Positions 38,198 to 51,187 of a DNA stretch of 64,000 nt are shown here, piece by piece; within the stretch, counting starts at the first letter, position 1, and each line of letters begins with the position of its first letter. The translations under genes and the position numbers were made by a program. The stretch lies in NCBI GenBank assembly GCA_904063045.1, contig CAJFCJ010000011.1:930001-994000 (forward strand). Reading direction: 5' to 3'. Under the pieces are notes generated by a model. It was not told the origin of the DNA and did not search any database. It worked only from the letters and a program-made list of their open reading frames with translations. The DNA is from Dimorphilus gyrociliatus (Eukaryota > Animalia > Annelida).

Positions 38198-39646
38198 CTC
38201 AAAAATATATTTCATATTTATCACATTGTAAAAATTATAAAGATTGGAAGAAGAAATGCGACGAAGAATTGGGTTGAGAGAGTCTTGCAGATTCATTTTA
38301 AAGCATGCAGTGTTTTTTTCCTCATTCTTTAAAAAAATTTATCAAATTTAGACACTTATGGTGTTTGTATATTTAACGAAAAATTTTAAGTGTGTAGAAG
38401 AATCAGAGTTGTATTTGACTCGAATTCATTTAGAAGTGAAAAGTCATATAACTAAATTTCGTATTGTTTTTTTTTTTTTCATTTGATCGTTAGTTTTGTA
38501 TGTACTGTACAGTATGTTTGTCAGAGGTACCGTGTATATACTTCAAAGAAAAAATAGCCTAATACGATAATTCCAGCAATTATATATTCTTATAGCACAA
38601 TAATTAATAGCTACTTTTTAACTTTCTTGTGACCTCCTTCAGACTAAGCGATTGGTCAAAGTAAATACTGTAAATATGAAGATCAGCACAAGTATTCTAT
38701 TTTAGGAAGAAAACTAAAAGACAAACGCTTTATTTTTGTATTCACTCCTTATTCCAGAATAGCATATTTTTAAAAGACATCGGTCTGGTTTAGCAAATAG
38801 ACTTTACGTATCGAGGTTTATCGCATGGTCTCGATGTCAGTATTTTACGTATCTCTAATAAAACTATTGATATGAAATATAACAAACGCCTTGTTAATCT
38901 AAGAAAGCAACGAGATATTGTTCTCTTCACCATTGTCTATATTTGGATAAAGCCGTATTAGTTTATCAGCGGGTTTTGAAAGTAACTAGCTAATTATTAG
39001 GATCTTGCTCTTTATCTTGAATAAATAGGAGTTGAAATAAAGGAAAACACCTAGAGCAGACATTCTCTATCCCTCGTGACCGATACATTCTTTGATAACT
39101 TTTTTTTACAAATCACTTAACTAACGAGAAAAAACTGACCTAATTTTTTTACTTGATAAATATTTAATATTTTATATATCATCTGACATTCTAACCCTTA
39201 TATGACCTTTTTTCTGAGGTAAAAACTTGTAAAATGCTATAAAATGCGCTTAAATCTACCAAATTTTTGTAGTAGATTTTAGAATCAGCAGATGTCGCAT
39301 TCTTCGCTGAGCGACTGTAAAATGACCGTCAGCCGGCAGCACAGTTCAGCTATTATTGATCAGACTCTTTTACATCAGCCCCGGTAAAAATGGCTTGAAA
39401 AAACAGAATACAATCGAAAAGAAGGATAGGACATATATCAGTCAATTAAAGGACAATCCATTAGATTTACTTCCCAAAAAATATTATTGATTATAGTTGA
39501 TCTGGTAAAGCGAAGGATATTCTCTCTCTGACATCAGAAATTAAACAGGCATGGCAAACAAGGTCGATTATTTTAAATATTAGAAAATTCCGAAAAATTT
39601 AGTGCTGTTAGTGGTGTTGAAAAGTAAAAATAGTAAGAAGAAAATC

Positions 39647-42600
39647 ATGCTTACGTTTGAAGAATTACTCGTGTTAAAGACTGATGCAGCTTTAAAGAAA
39701 ATGCCCAGCTTGAATGACTTGAAAGATTGTAAGTTTACTATAATATTTTGTAATACGTAAGGCCTATAATTTTTTATGTTGAGGCGATTATAAGCTGGAA
39801 TTTAGATTTACGTATAGTAAAACTTTTATGAATTAAAGAGTAATCAATTGAAATTTCCCAATTACCTTTGTGGGAATTGTAAGAGATGATATTAGCAAAT
39901 AATAGAGGTCATTTAAGGTTGTACATAACAGTCTGATAAGATAGGTAAAATTTGTAGCATACATTTTTTGAATTTATTATTGTTATTAATGATTCTGATA
40001 AAAATAGAGATTACAATAGTTCATTTGCATATTTAAATAGCTTGGCTTGGAAGATGGGGATCTCAACCTATGCGATCCAGGTCGTCAACTTTACCATCCG
40101 GAAAGAGGCGTAGAGTTTCGTTTGCCGCCTCTACCACCGAATATACTTACTATGATCCATCAGATAATTCTAGTAAAGAAGACCTTCAAGTTTCAAAGGA
40201 AGATTTGCGGGCATCTCAGGAATCTCTAACGAAGTTAGTACAAGACTTTGAAACTCAACTGTTGAAGAATAAAGACAAATATGAAGGGCCAAACGAGAGT
40301 GTTGAAGAAGCACTGATCAGACGCCAATTAGAAATAGAATATGAGGAAGAGAAAGCCGAAAGGAAAATCTTCCAGCATTCAAAAACTGCACTTTCTGAAA
40401 GTACCTCAATCGATTCTTTTGTAAATGATGATGAAACAAAGAATTTAGAAAAATCAAATATTGAAAATAATGATTTAGATAAATTAATGTGTAACGCTCC
40501 GGCTTGTAGTACGTCTGATTGTCTTCAAAGTGAGGAGTCAAATGAACTGGAGAGAGTTCATGAAGTAGCCACAAACGTAGTAGATATTGAATTACAAGAA
40601 ACAGAGAACAATAGAGAAGATGTGATAAAAATAAAGGATAACGATTCTGAAGTGAACGTTATTGCCACAAACTCTACTAATCTTGAGACAATTAGTAATG
40701 AAATTGATTGTGTGAAAGGTTCTACGTTACCTATTAGTGATTCTAATGTAGTAGCAAACACAAAAGAGCATGCTGATATAGTGCTAGAGCATGAGCTGCA
40801 AGACAAAGAAGTTCATAAAACTTTAGAGAAGGAAGTGAAAGAAGGTCATTGCCACAAGGAGGCTAAATGTATGGGTTGCTATTCAGAGTCAATAACATTA
40901 CCTGATCTTTTCACAAATGGAAATGGTGCTGAATCCCAACAAGAAGTAGGCTCTTCTCCTTCACCTACCACGTCATTTTATAAATTAAGTCCATCTAAGT
41001 CATCAACAATGGAATCAATATCCGAAGAGTTGGAAGAAGAAAAAGTCCCCCCATTACAGAGTCTTGAATGCGTAGAGTCAAATAGACCGGCAGCAATATC
41101 ATGCAGATCATCATCAAGTAGCGAGGAATTTGTTACGCCTATGCTTTCTCCTGAAGAACACCGCATGAATTCTTTCAGCAAGCAAAATAATTCCTTATCT
41201 CCGCCCGTACAAACATCTTTCTTTTGCGGAAATATTCCGAAATTACATAACCACGGAGAAATAAGAGGAACTCTGTCTCCCGGACTGTCGCCATTGTTTG
41301 GAAGAAGATTGGAGCTAGGTAGTGAAAGATGCGATCTCTGCGAAATGTGTGATTCCTATGATGACACTATGTCAGTCTGTTCTTTAGACTATCTGAAACT
41401 AGATGAAGCGCCTGATGAATATCTCGAAGGATGGATGGAGAGGTATGTATCATTGATTCATGGAAATTTTAGGAAAGAGCTTCTTTACACCCTTAACATC
41501 CATTCTTTTCTAAAAAAATATACTTTTTAAACATTAAATCCACTTTGAAACTAAATGTTTGAGTGTAAACTAAAAGGGTAATTCTTACTTTTTATTATCT
41601 ATGATCTGTTCAGTATGGCTGATTTACAGGTTACCGTCCAGATTGCACCATCTTCCTCTTTGCCAATTAATAATTCCAGGTGAACATATTTCTCTAAGCT
41701 TAATTTAACTTTACTTTTTGTGTGTTATGCTAAACATCTTGTTTTACTTACTTCTTAAATCTCTGAAGGCTCACACATATCAATTGCTGTACAAAACGAT
41801 ATGAGAACTGACCTGGATTTCTCACAGTGTAACAAGGCGATGCTAGATGCTCTTGGAAAGTTACCTGACTTTGCAGTGTTTAATCGATTTAAAAAGCATA
41901 TGAAGTCTCTCTGGAAAGCTTGGATGCCCAAACAACGGCTTTCCCTATTAGATCAATTAAAAAGCGGTGCCAGGTTTCTTCATTGGCGACTCGCTAAAAG
42001 AGAGAGCATAGTATATGGAGCACATGGTCTTTACACAAGACCATCGCTGTCCTACATTCAGGACATTGCTTCTTTTTGTTCTAGAAATAGGCGAGAAATA
42101 GTCATGCTACATGTAGAAGCTCTAGCCAATATGGACAAAGTAGCTACCGAAAGATGGTTGGATGAAGTATACGATGAGCTAGGAGTGTTTTTAGTGGAAA
42201 GAACTAAAAAATTTAGTGATTTAAGCCTAAAATCAGTATGGTAAGCTGTCAAAAAGAATTAATTTAATCAGCCATGTCTATATTGATTTCTAATATTTGT
42301 TTTATAATTATCATTCTTTTCAAATAGGGCTACTGGGAGAAATTTGCTACTTTTCATTCCAAATTGCTCTAGTGTTTCACAAGCACTTAAAAGGCACAAG
42401 ATGCGTAACTATGTTTGGTCAGATCGTCATTTAGAAATTCACGCTTTCAGAGTACAAAACGTGGAAGATTTAGTTAAGAAAATGGATGAGTCATATTCCA
42501 AAATTTCAGCCAAGAAAAATAAAGAAAAATTGATAGTTATTAGAGCGGTTCTAGCTCCAGACTGGGAAATGGTTTTTGGAGACTACGAATACACTTCTCT

Positions 42601-42760
42601 AAAGCAGCTGAATGATGTGGTTGTTCACGACAGACTCAATAGTTGGTTGTTGGACAAGTCATTTTTAAATGTTGTCTCTTTCGACTTTGTAGGTTCGAAA
42701 TTCTTGATGAGAAACTGCATAAATTTAAACGCTTTAAAGCGGGCAGAAACTACTGTTTAA
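39647..42760 (+). CDS. PI-PLC X-domain (PLCXD-like) protein with a roughly 490-aa acidic disordered N-terminal extension
   Basis: Exon 40041-41442 runs in frame into GWMER|LPSRLHHLPLCQLIIP|GSH...KQRLSLLDQLKSGARFLHWRL...AHGLY...REIVML...W|ATGRNLLLF...LNVVSFDFV. This aligns with PLCXD WM..L...L.IPGSHD, TQ...QL..G.RYLDLR, HG.Y, EVVIL and NII..DF. The first coding exon (39647-39728) is less certain. Confidence 0.8.
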
Positions 42761-43370
42761 TTTGATTATTTGTTTCCTGCAATTGTAAAATCTGTTCTTT
42801 CTTCAACTGTTTTATAGATTGAGCTGCTTGTTAAACAAAATATCGTCCTCTTCTATCGTTCAAAGGCCTATTTAATAGGCTATCAATGTTCTGCAATTTA
42901 TCATACCCTTTTTACCAAAGGAAAAGTAAAGGGGTGTTGCACATTCTCCTTTTCCTTTAATTTATTTCAAAGTTCATCAGTTATGCAGAATGTTCATACT
43001 TTTATGCAATACACAATAGCGTTTAATCTATACTCACTCCTCTTTTCCTCAACTTAATTACTCAATACTGTTTCAAGTGGGTCAATTGAATATTAGATAT
43101 CTAACTTACACTTACACCTTTAAGCTAAAGTGCATTACAAAACAGAAGACTTGGCAAGTACTTAATATTCCACATACGTCTTTGAAAATTACACAAAACC
43201 TGTTTGCACGCGCGATTCCATGTAACTTTGAAATACACTTGGAGATAAGATATAAAAGGTCGAGGTCATAGTCTAAATTTTTAGTTTTTTCTTAGTATCT
43301 TGCTAAGTTAGGAACTTTTATATCAAAAATTCATTTTAACTATTACAAAGAGTGAAGTATTATTACAGAA

Positions 43371-45609
43371 ATGATTGGCTTTCTTGTATCTCTTTTATCC
43401 AGTTTTGTATCATTGATGACGTTCTCTTGGCTTTGGAAATGCTTTAATTGTGTAAAAAATACTAGAAATAATACCTTAAAAAGAGAAAATGCAAAGGTAA
43501 AGAAATTATTGTACATCAGTAGATTAGAAGAAAAACTGAGTAACGTCTTTATTGATGATGCTGAAACTATCCGAAACCTTGACGCTGCAACATTAATAGA
43601 GTGTATGAAAGAAGGTAAATATAGACCAGAAGATGTGCTTAAGGCTTATCAGGTAGAGTTTCGATTCAATATTGCTATTAACCTCTATAGTTACATTAGA
43701 AGAAATATTGTTTAAAAATAGCAATTCGCTTTGATCGCCCAAAAAGAAACTAACTGTATAACAGCAATAATCGAAGAAGCTGAAGCAGAATGTAAGGAAT
43801 TAGAAAATCAACCTAGTAAGACAAATATACATTTTTTAATCACTGTTTTAATTATTATTACATGGTGGTTTTGTTTGTAGGCGAGGGTCGATTATTATAT
43901 GGAATTCCAATTTGTATCAAAGATGATTTAGCAGTTAAAGGGTACGATCAAACCTATGGATGCGCAAATCGTTTGGAAAGTCCACTAAAGGAAGATTCCA
44001 TCATTGTTCAAGTTCTTAGACATCATGGGGCTATACCCTTCGTTAGAACTAATTTACCTCAAACAGCAATATCGTATGAGTGTTCAAATCCTATATATGG
44101 TTGTACCCAAAATCCACATAAGAAAGGAAGATCACCTGGTGGGTCCAGCGGAGGGAATGGCGCCTTATTAGGTCTCAAGGGGAGCCCAGTTGGTATAGGT
44201 TCAGACCTGGGTGGATCAATTAGAATACCTTCGCATTTTTGTGGTACTGTGGGATTTAAACCAACGAGCGGCAGATTAAGTCTTCGAAATAATAATGATC
44301 TTTTGCCTGGAGCTGATCTCCTCCTTCCCACTTATGGCCCTATGGGAAGAGATGTTAAGTCTGTGTCTACTGTTATGAAGGCATTAGGTTGATAGTTAAA
44401 ATCAATTATTATACTTTAATGAACCTGTTTTTTTTTAATCAGCCTCTGACATTCTTTTTCAATTGGACGAATCTATACCACCCATGAAATTCAATGACGA
44501 TGATTTTGCGTCTACTAGGAAGCTTAGAATCGGTTATTTTATTCAAAACGGAATTTTCCCTGCTGCTCCGGCCGTTCAAAGGGCCTGCGAACTTGCGAAA
44601 AAAGAATTAGGAAATTTAGGACACGAAATGATAGATTGTAGTAACATTTCTAATGAAATTGACCTACATATAGCGAATGAGCTTATAGTAGATTGTATCG
44701 TTCTTGATAATGGTAAGGCATTCCTTGAAAATGTAAAGGATGATGCCCTTGACCCAAGTATTAGAAACGAAATATTTGTTTTAAAATCGCCGGATTTTAT
44801 TAAGAGATTTCTCTCATTCCTACTATCCTTTCTTGTAAGTTTTGAAATGTTATCCTCTAAGGAAAGAAAATATAAAACATACATTTATATTTTCAGGATA
44901 AAAATGTTTCATCGACAATAAAACAAATGATTGGAAAGAAAGATGTATCAAGCTATTATCAAAGAGTTTGTAAGAGAAATGTTCGTATTATTTATTTTAT
45001 AATACAAATTAATAACACAAGATATTCTACTTTTTTATTTATTAGAAATTTAGGGAAGATATGTTTTCAATCTGGAAAAAATTGAAATTGGACGCTATGA
45101 TTTGCCCACCTTGTGGTGTATATGCTCCACCTCATTACAAGTTTTCAAAATCAACATCCTGTATGTATTAATATTTTTACTATTATAATATCTTATTTAT
45201 AGTTTAAGTATATCAAATCATCATTTGATATTTTATTATTTTAGTGGCTTGTTCTTATTCTTCATTATGGAATATTGTAAATTATCCTGCTGGAGTAGTT
45301 CCTGTGACAAAAGTTAATAAAGCTGATGATGAGAATTTAAAAAATTACTATAAAGAACACTGTAAACAATATCTACATAAATTAGCATACGTTTGTATTT
45401 CATTAAAAATTAGAACTATTTTTGATTTAATTGCTAGTTGTACACCTCATCCTTACTTTTTATTATTTACTTTACCTTAGAATGGATTAAAGGACGGTAT
45501 AGGACTCCCTGTTGGCGTTCAAGTTGTTACTCTGCCATTTAGAGATGAACTCTGTTTGAACGTAATGGGTCAGCTTGAGACCAGCATAAAACGCCTAATG
45601 GAAAAATAA
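43371..45609 (+). CDS. FAAH: Fatty-acid amide hydrolase (amidase signature family)
   Basis: N-terminal TM segment, LYGIPICIKD (catalytic Lys), PFVRTNLPQ, NPIYG...NPH, SPGGSSGG (cis-Ser) and GIGSDLGGSIRIPSHFCG (nucleophile Ser). Later YSSLWNIVNYPAGVVPV and GLPVGVQVV. Stop at 45607-45609. Confidence 0.9.
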
Positions 45610-45875
45610 GAGAGTAAACTAAATTACCCTTTGACCTTTTTGTGACTGAAAAAATAGATAATAGATGTCGCTCTTTCATGACACTTAAAGAAATAGAAAT
45701 AAAAAATAACATTATGAACAATCTATTTTAGGTAAAGGATGTACAGTTAAAATGACACTTTTGACACAGAAATTTTGATTGTAAGTTTGAAATTGTTACA
45801 TAATAATTTGCCGTAATATCATAGTATTTACGTAAAAGTCAGGTACTGGAGCTATGAATATTCTTTGCAGGAAAC

Positions 45876-48800
45876 TTATCGTAATGTTCCATAGATAGGA
45901 CACTATTAAACAATAGATATGCATAGATAAGAATTATTTCTTAAATCAATTTTAAAGTCATTGTACCTTGTACGTCTTTTTGTATATTCGCTCATCTTCG
46001 TGAATTTGTTTCAACTGCTCCTTTAAATGCTCTTGCCACTCTTGAACATTGTTAAATTGAGATGGTCTTTTTTTGTACGTCCCATTAACAGTCTCATCAT
46101 TATATTGACGCAGAAGAGTTTTAAGAACAGTCTTCTCTTTGACATTACCAGGTGGTCTGTGATTCATTGTTAATAAACATTTACTTGCTCTATTTATACC
46201 CTGCAAAGATATCTTTTTAATTTGAAATAATCGCACCGCCTCTTGAACATGATTATTAATTCTTCTATAATGAACTTTCGGTCTGCTTAATGCAAGACGT
46301 TTTTTTGTTGACGTTGTTTTTGGTCTACGATTCTCTGACTCTTTAGGTTTGTGTGATTTTTCTTTGTCGGGAGCGGTTTTTGGACGATTCTTCGTAGTCG
46401 GACTGGGAGATTTTTTAGGTACTTCAACTGACCTCGCTTTTCTAATTTGGCGAGGTTTCGAATTAGCTTTTGGCGCTTTTGGAGGATGAGGAATGATTTT
46501 TATTTCTTTATTACTTTGAGTAAGCGAGGGAGAAGACGTTTGGGCAGGCGATACAGAATGAGACGATGAAACGGAATGTTCACTTTTAGCTTTATCAGTT
46601 GACTTGGAATCCACTGTGATCGAGCTGTCAGCCTCAAATTCATCATTATATTCGGCTTCGACTTCGGCTTCGGTTTTATCTTTGGTTTTAGTAGTTACTT
46701 CACCATCTGAGAGATTAGTCTCATCTTTTTCTCTTATTTCTTCAACTCTTTCATCTTCAGCTTTACCTATTTCCTTTTTTTCATTTTCGTCATCTGGCTT
46801 TGCTTTATGTTCTATAGAATATTCAGATTTCTCCGAAAGAGATTTATCATGTTCTACTTGTTTTTTATCATCCTCTTTAGTTTGCATTTCCTCACTTTCG
46901 CTTTCTTTTTCAGGTTCTTTATTTACTTCTTGTTCAGTCTTTTCCTCCTCTTCTTTTTCTATTTCTTCTTTTTTGCCTTCTTCTTTCTCCTCTTTTTCTT
47001 CCTCCTCTTTCTCCTCCTCTTTGATTAATTCTTCTTTCTCTTCTTCAACATCCTCGTCTATTTTATCGAGGTAATTGTCGCTTCTTTCATATATTATTTC
47101 TGAATTAGATTGTTTAGGCAGAGTGTTTTCAGCTGATTCTGCTAATACCTCATCCTCTTTTTGACTCTCCTCTTCAGATTTTTCATCTTTTTCTGCTTGT
47201 TTTACTTCGTCCTCCTGAATAGACTCGGCCGTTGATTTTGTCTCTTCTTCTGCTGTTGTTTCGTCTACTTCAGAGTCTTTATTGCTCTCTCTATCCTTTT
47301 CTTGCTCTTTAGAGTCCTCCTGAGGGCGCTCAACTAATTGTAACTCAGAAATTTTTTCATCATTGTCAGTCTTTTCCGTTTCCAAGTCCTCGCTCTTGTC
47401 TTTGTTATCGTTTCCAACCAAAGATTCTTGCCGTTCATTCTCATCAGATAAGTCTTTTTCCGCTTCCGCTAAGCTTTGTGTTTCAATAGCTTTCTCTTCC
47501 TCTTCGCTAGTTTCCTTTTCATTGTTTTCTTTCCGGTCAGACATTTCCTTCTCTACGATTTGCTCTTTAGTTTCTAAAAAATAAATATGGCGGATAACTT
47601 GACTACGATTAACTTAATATTCTAGAGGGAAATAAAATGAGTAGTTAGGGGACAATTAATTTAATCTCTAATATTAAAGCAAGTTTTTCATAAAAAGCTA
47701 CGAAGCAAACGAGATCAATTTGGCCTCTATATAATATTCTAAATTGATTATTGATTGAAATCAATCATAAGTATGATACTATGTCGTTTTTAAAGTTAAA
47801 ATTATTGATTTAATTATATATTTTTACTCTTTTATTCGGTATTGTAGAAAAAGACGTTACAAACCTTCCATGGTAGGCGTCTCCTCAATTTTCAATAAGG
47901 CAGCAAGGCTCTCGTGTCCCTTTTCTAGGGCAATATCATAAGGCGTTAGGCTTTTATTTTTGTCCTGTTTAGAAACAAAGTACTAATTATTTTTCTCCTG
48001 TTATCATTAGCTATAGAATATACATATTGATTAATATATAAACGGCCTATTTCATATTGTCTATCTGTTTCAACAAAGTGTATTCTGTATACATAATAAT
48101 ATTTATATCGATGCTTAGTAATATATTTAACAGCATCATAAATGATATAATTTCATTTGCCTCAAATTGAGGGTTTACTCTTCTGTTTAGTAAATAATGA
48201 AGATGAGTATATCAATCTATTCAAATTTTATCAATTGAAAAACAGCTATATGGAAATAAACCAACCGGAATATGGTAATAAACATCTTTTTTTGCCTTTA
48301 ACTCTAACAATAGCTTGCATACTTCAGTATTTCCAGTTAAAGCACCAATGTGTAAACACGTTCTACCATTAGAATTTCCAATATTAACCTTTTCTTCGTT
48401 TCCAGTTAAAACATACCTTATAACCTGTAAATGATTCCCAAAAGATGCTTCGTGAATTGGATGATCTCCTTTTTTATTTGATCCCCAACATTCACCACCG
48501 TATTCTGTCAGATATTTTAGGCATTCTAAATTACCTAATGCACATGCACAATGAGATGGTAGTCTTCCTTTTAAGTCTCTATGATTTGGATTCGCCTTAT
48601 TTTCTAACAGTTTCTTAACAATTACGTTATGCCCATGACTTATTGCGTAAAAAAGGGGTGTACAACCATTTTTATCTTCTGTGTCTACTTTTGTTTGATC
48701 GTTCTTGAGAAAATCAACCAGCACATTCTCGAAACCTTGAGAAGCAACGCAGTGCAAAGCTGATAAGCGGTCGATATCTGAATCTTTCGTTTCTGCTCCC

Positions 48801-51187
48801 TTCTCCGTTAGTAAATGACAAGCTTCTAGTGAACCTAAAAATTAGAAAGAAAAATAATATAAAAAATATTAAACAATCCTTAAATGAACTGAAAACTAAA
48901 ATCAAAAATAACATTAAAAGTAATGTTTGCGCTATCTGACATTCTATCAATTACGAAACCAAATTTAATTGTCATTATCCGGGAAACGGTAACATTTTGT
49001 TTTTTAATTCAAGCAAATAGCTTCAAAATTAATCTCTGAATATCAGATATTGTTTACAAAATAATCAATAGGTAATTAACAAAAAACAAAATACTTAAAT
49101 TTTCTGATTTTATGAAAAAAATTCTTTGATCTAAGCTGTGAAATTCGATTTTTTCGCAATATAAAGTGAACCCATTGACAGATATAACACTGAGCAAATC
49201 TAACAAAATTCCTTATTTGTTGTTAATCTACTAACCAACATTTGCTGCCCATAAAAAGGGTGTTCTACCCTTTTCATCGACAGCATCTATTTTCGCACCC
49301 ATTTCTATTAGATCCGTCATTATTCTGTAGGCGATTTCTGGTTCAACATCATATTTTCCGTTTTCTCCGCAAAGTTGAGCGGCATAATGTAAAGGAGTTG
49401 CACCATATTTATCCGGTTTATTCAAATCGGCACCATATCTTAGGAGTGTGTGTAGAAGATTATGATGACCACAAACTGTAAATTTATTATCTTTATATAA
49501 TTTAACAATAATAATAACTGATTTTTTTCCAATCTTTTCATTTTCATTGTTAGATTAATTAATTAATTAATCGATTAATAGTTTACAAAGAAAAAAAAAT
49601 TAATTGGAAAATTATTGCAGAAAAAAATCATGATTATAGAAGACAGCTTTAATCACAGTGGTAATAACATTCTATTTAAAGCCCCCTTGTCTAATCGTTT
49701 TAAGATTAGAGCATATTTGGTTTTTGTACATTACATAACCTTTTAATAGAATGGTATTAAATAAGAAGAAAATTTATAGTAAAAAAATAAAAAAAAAAAC
49801 AAAGTAAGACTGAATTCTTTTGCTACAAGAAAATTACGATTTTCACTCACCAACTTGAAGTTTTTGTTATGTCAGAAAAGTTACATAATGAATATTAATG
49901 AAAGTCTTTTTTTTTGTAAAATTAAACCGAAAGATTATTATAAACAACTACGCTTTGCGCTTTGTTATGGTTTAGTATATATTAGTTAGTTAATCTGTTA
50001 GGTATTAGCTTAATGAACAGTGGCAAAAATAACCCAGAAAACGCATGAATATCTGATCAATTTATTTAGTTATTTCTCTTGTATAATTAAAAGGTGTGAT
50101 ACTTATTCTTTAGACTGAGAATCGTTTACGTAAATATGGTATTTAATGATAATCAAGGTAAAATGATATTCAAATTACTGAATATATAAAGATATTAAAT
50201 AGATATTTTGTATGGTATAGGGAAAAATACCAATCCTCATATAGAAAGCTTTAAAATTAGGCTTAAGTTAGGATTAGTCGTTTTACACTATACCTGTTTG
50301 TAAACAATTGAGCTATTTATTAGTGATATTGTCTGAATTTTCTATACTTTCGTTAGTTTAAGCAATGCTTAAAACTCCTCCGCCTATGAAAGTATACACT
50401 TTCAATTTCTTTTTGAATAGTATCATAATGTTTTGGGAAAGTCACGATTGTACAGAGGGTATTAGTAGCACTAGCATTCTATTGGTTGTGCTACTTTGAT
50501 ATTTTCTTTATTAATGGCAATCTTCTTTCAAAAAGCGAAAGAGAAATGATAAATTTTTGATGAATGAATTAAATAAAAAGAGAGCAGAGCCGATCCTCTT
50601 TCTTATTCTCTCTTCTCTTAAAAGAGTTAGAGAGAAAAAGATAGATGGACTATTAATCACAAGTTTCTGGGTTATCTTATTTTTGGTAGTATTTAGAGTT
50701 GTTAGATACCTGTGGCCCAATGCATGACGGTATGTTCTTCGGAATCCAGGCTATTAATATCCGCACCATTTTCTAATAAACACGCTATCAAGTCCTCATT
50801 TGAAGCTATTACTGCTAATTGGAGAGGAGAAAAACCGTCATTGTCCTAATGAATAGCAAAACGTAGAATTGTAGAATATCATCAAGAAAGTTAATTACCT
50901 TTGCATTGATAATGTCGGATCCATTTTTAAGTAGTAATTTGGTTATTTCTAAACTCTTGTGCTCAGCGCAATAATGTAGAGGGTTACGTCCATATTGATC
51001 GACTACTTGAACCGACTGTTCAAAAAAGTTCAATATTTACGTTATACTCTCTAGTTCTTCTATAAGGTGATGAACAGAAAAGACAAAAAATATTTAAAAG
51101 TACCTGACTGACGTCTAAGAACGCTTTAACGGCTTTAAAATCTTCATTTTGAACACCTTTTATAAAAGATCTTTCATATTTCGACAT
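45876..51187 (-). CDS. Ankyrin-repeat protein (about 11-12 repeats; invertebrate inversin-like family) with a long Glu/Lys-rich tail
   Basis: ATG at 51187. Exons give GRNPLHYCAE, GFSPLQLAV, EHTVMHWAT|VCG, GATPLHYAAQLCG, GRTPFLWAANVG, LSALHCVASQG, GCTPLFYA, GRLPSHCA, GDHPIHEA, GRTCLHIG and LTPYDIA. These splice in phase 1 into the 528-aa ORF at 45958-47544. A short last exon (45876-45902, CPIYGTLR*) is tentative. Confidence 0.82.

Noticed and set aside
39287-39387. Short ORF MSHSSLSDCKMTVSRQ... upstream of the PLCXD-like gene
   Set aside because: Its donor phase does not match the downstream acceptors. It could be a uORF, but there is no support.
46604-47074. Ser/Phe-rich 156-aa plus-strand ORF and its overlapping ORFs
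   Set aside because: Reverse-complement shadow of the GAA/GAG-rich ankyrin tail exon.
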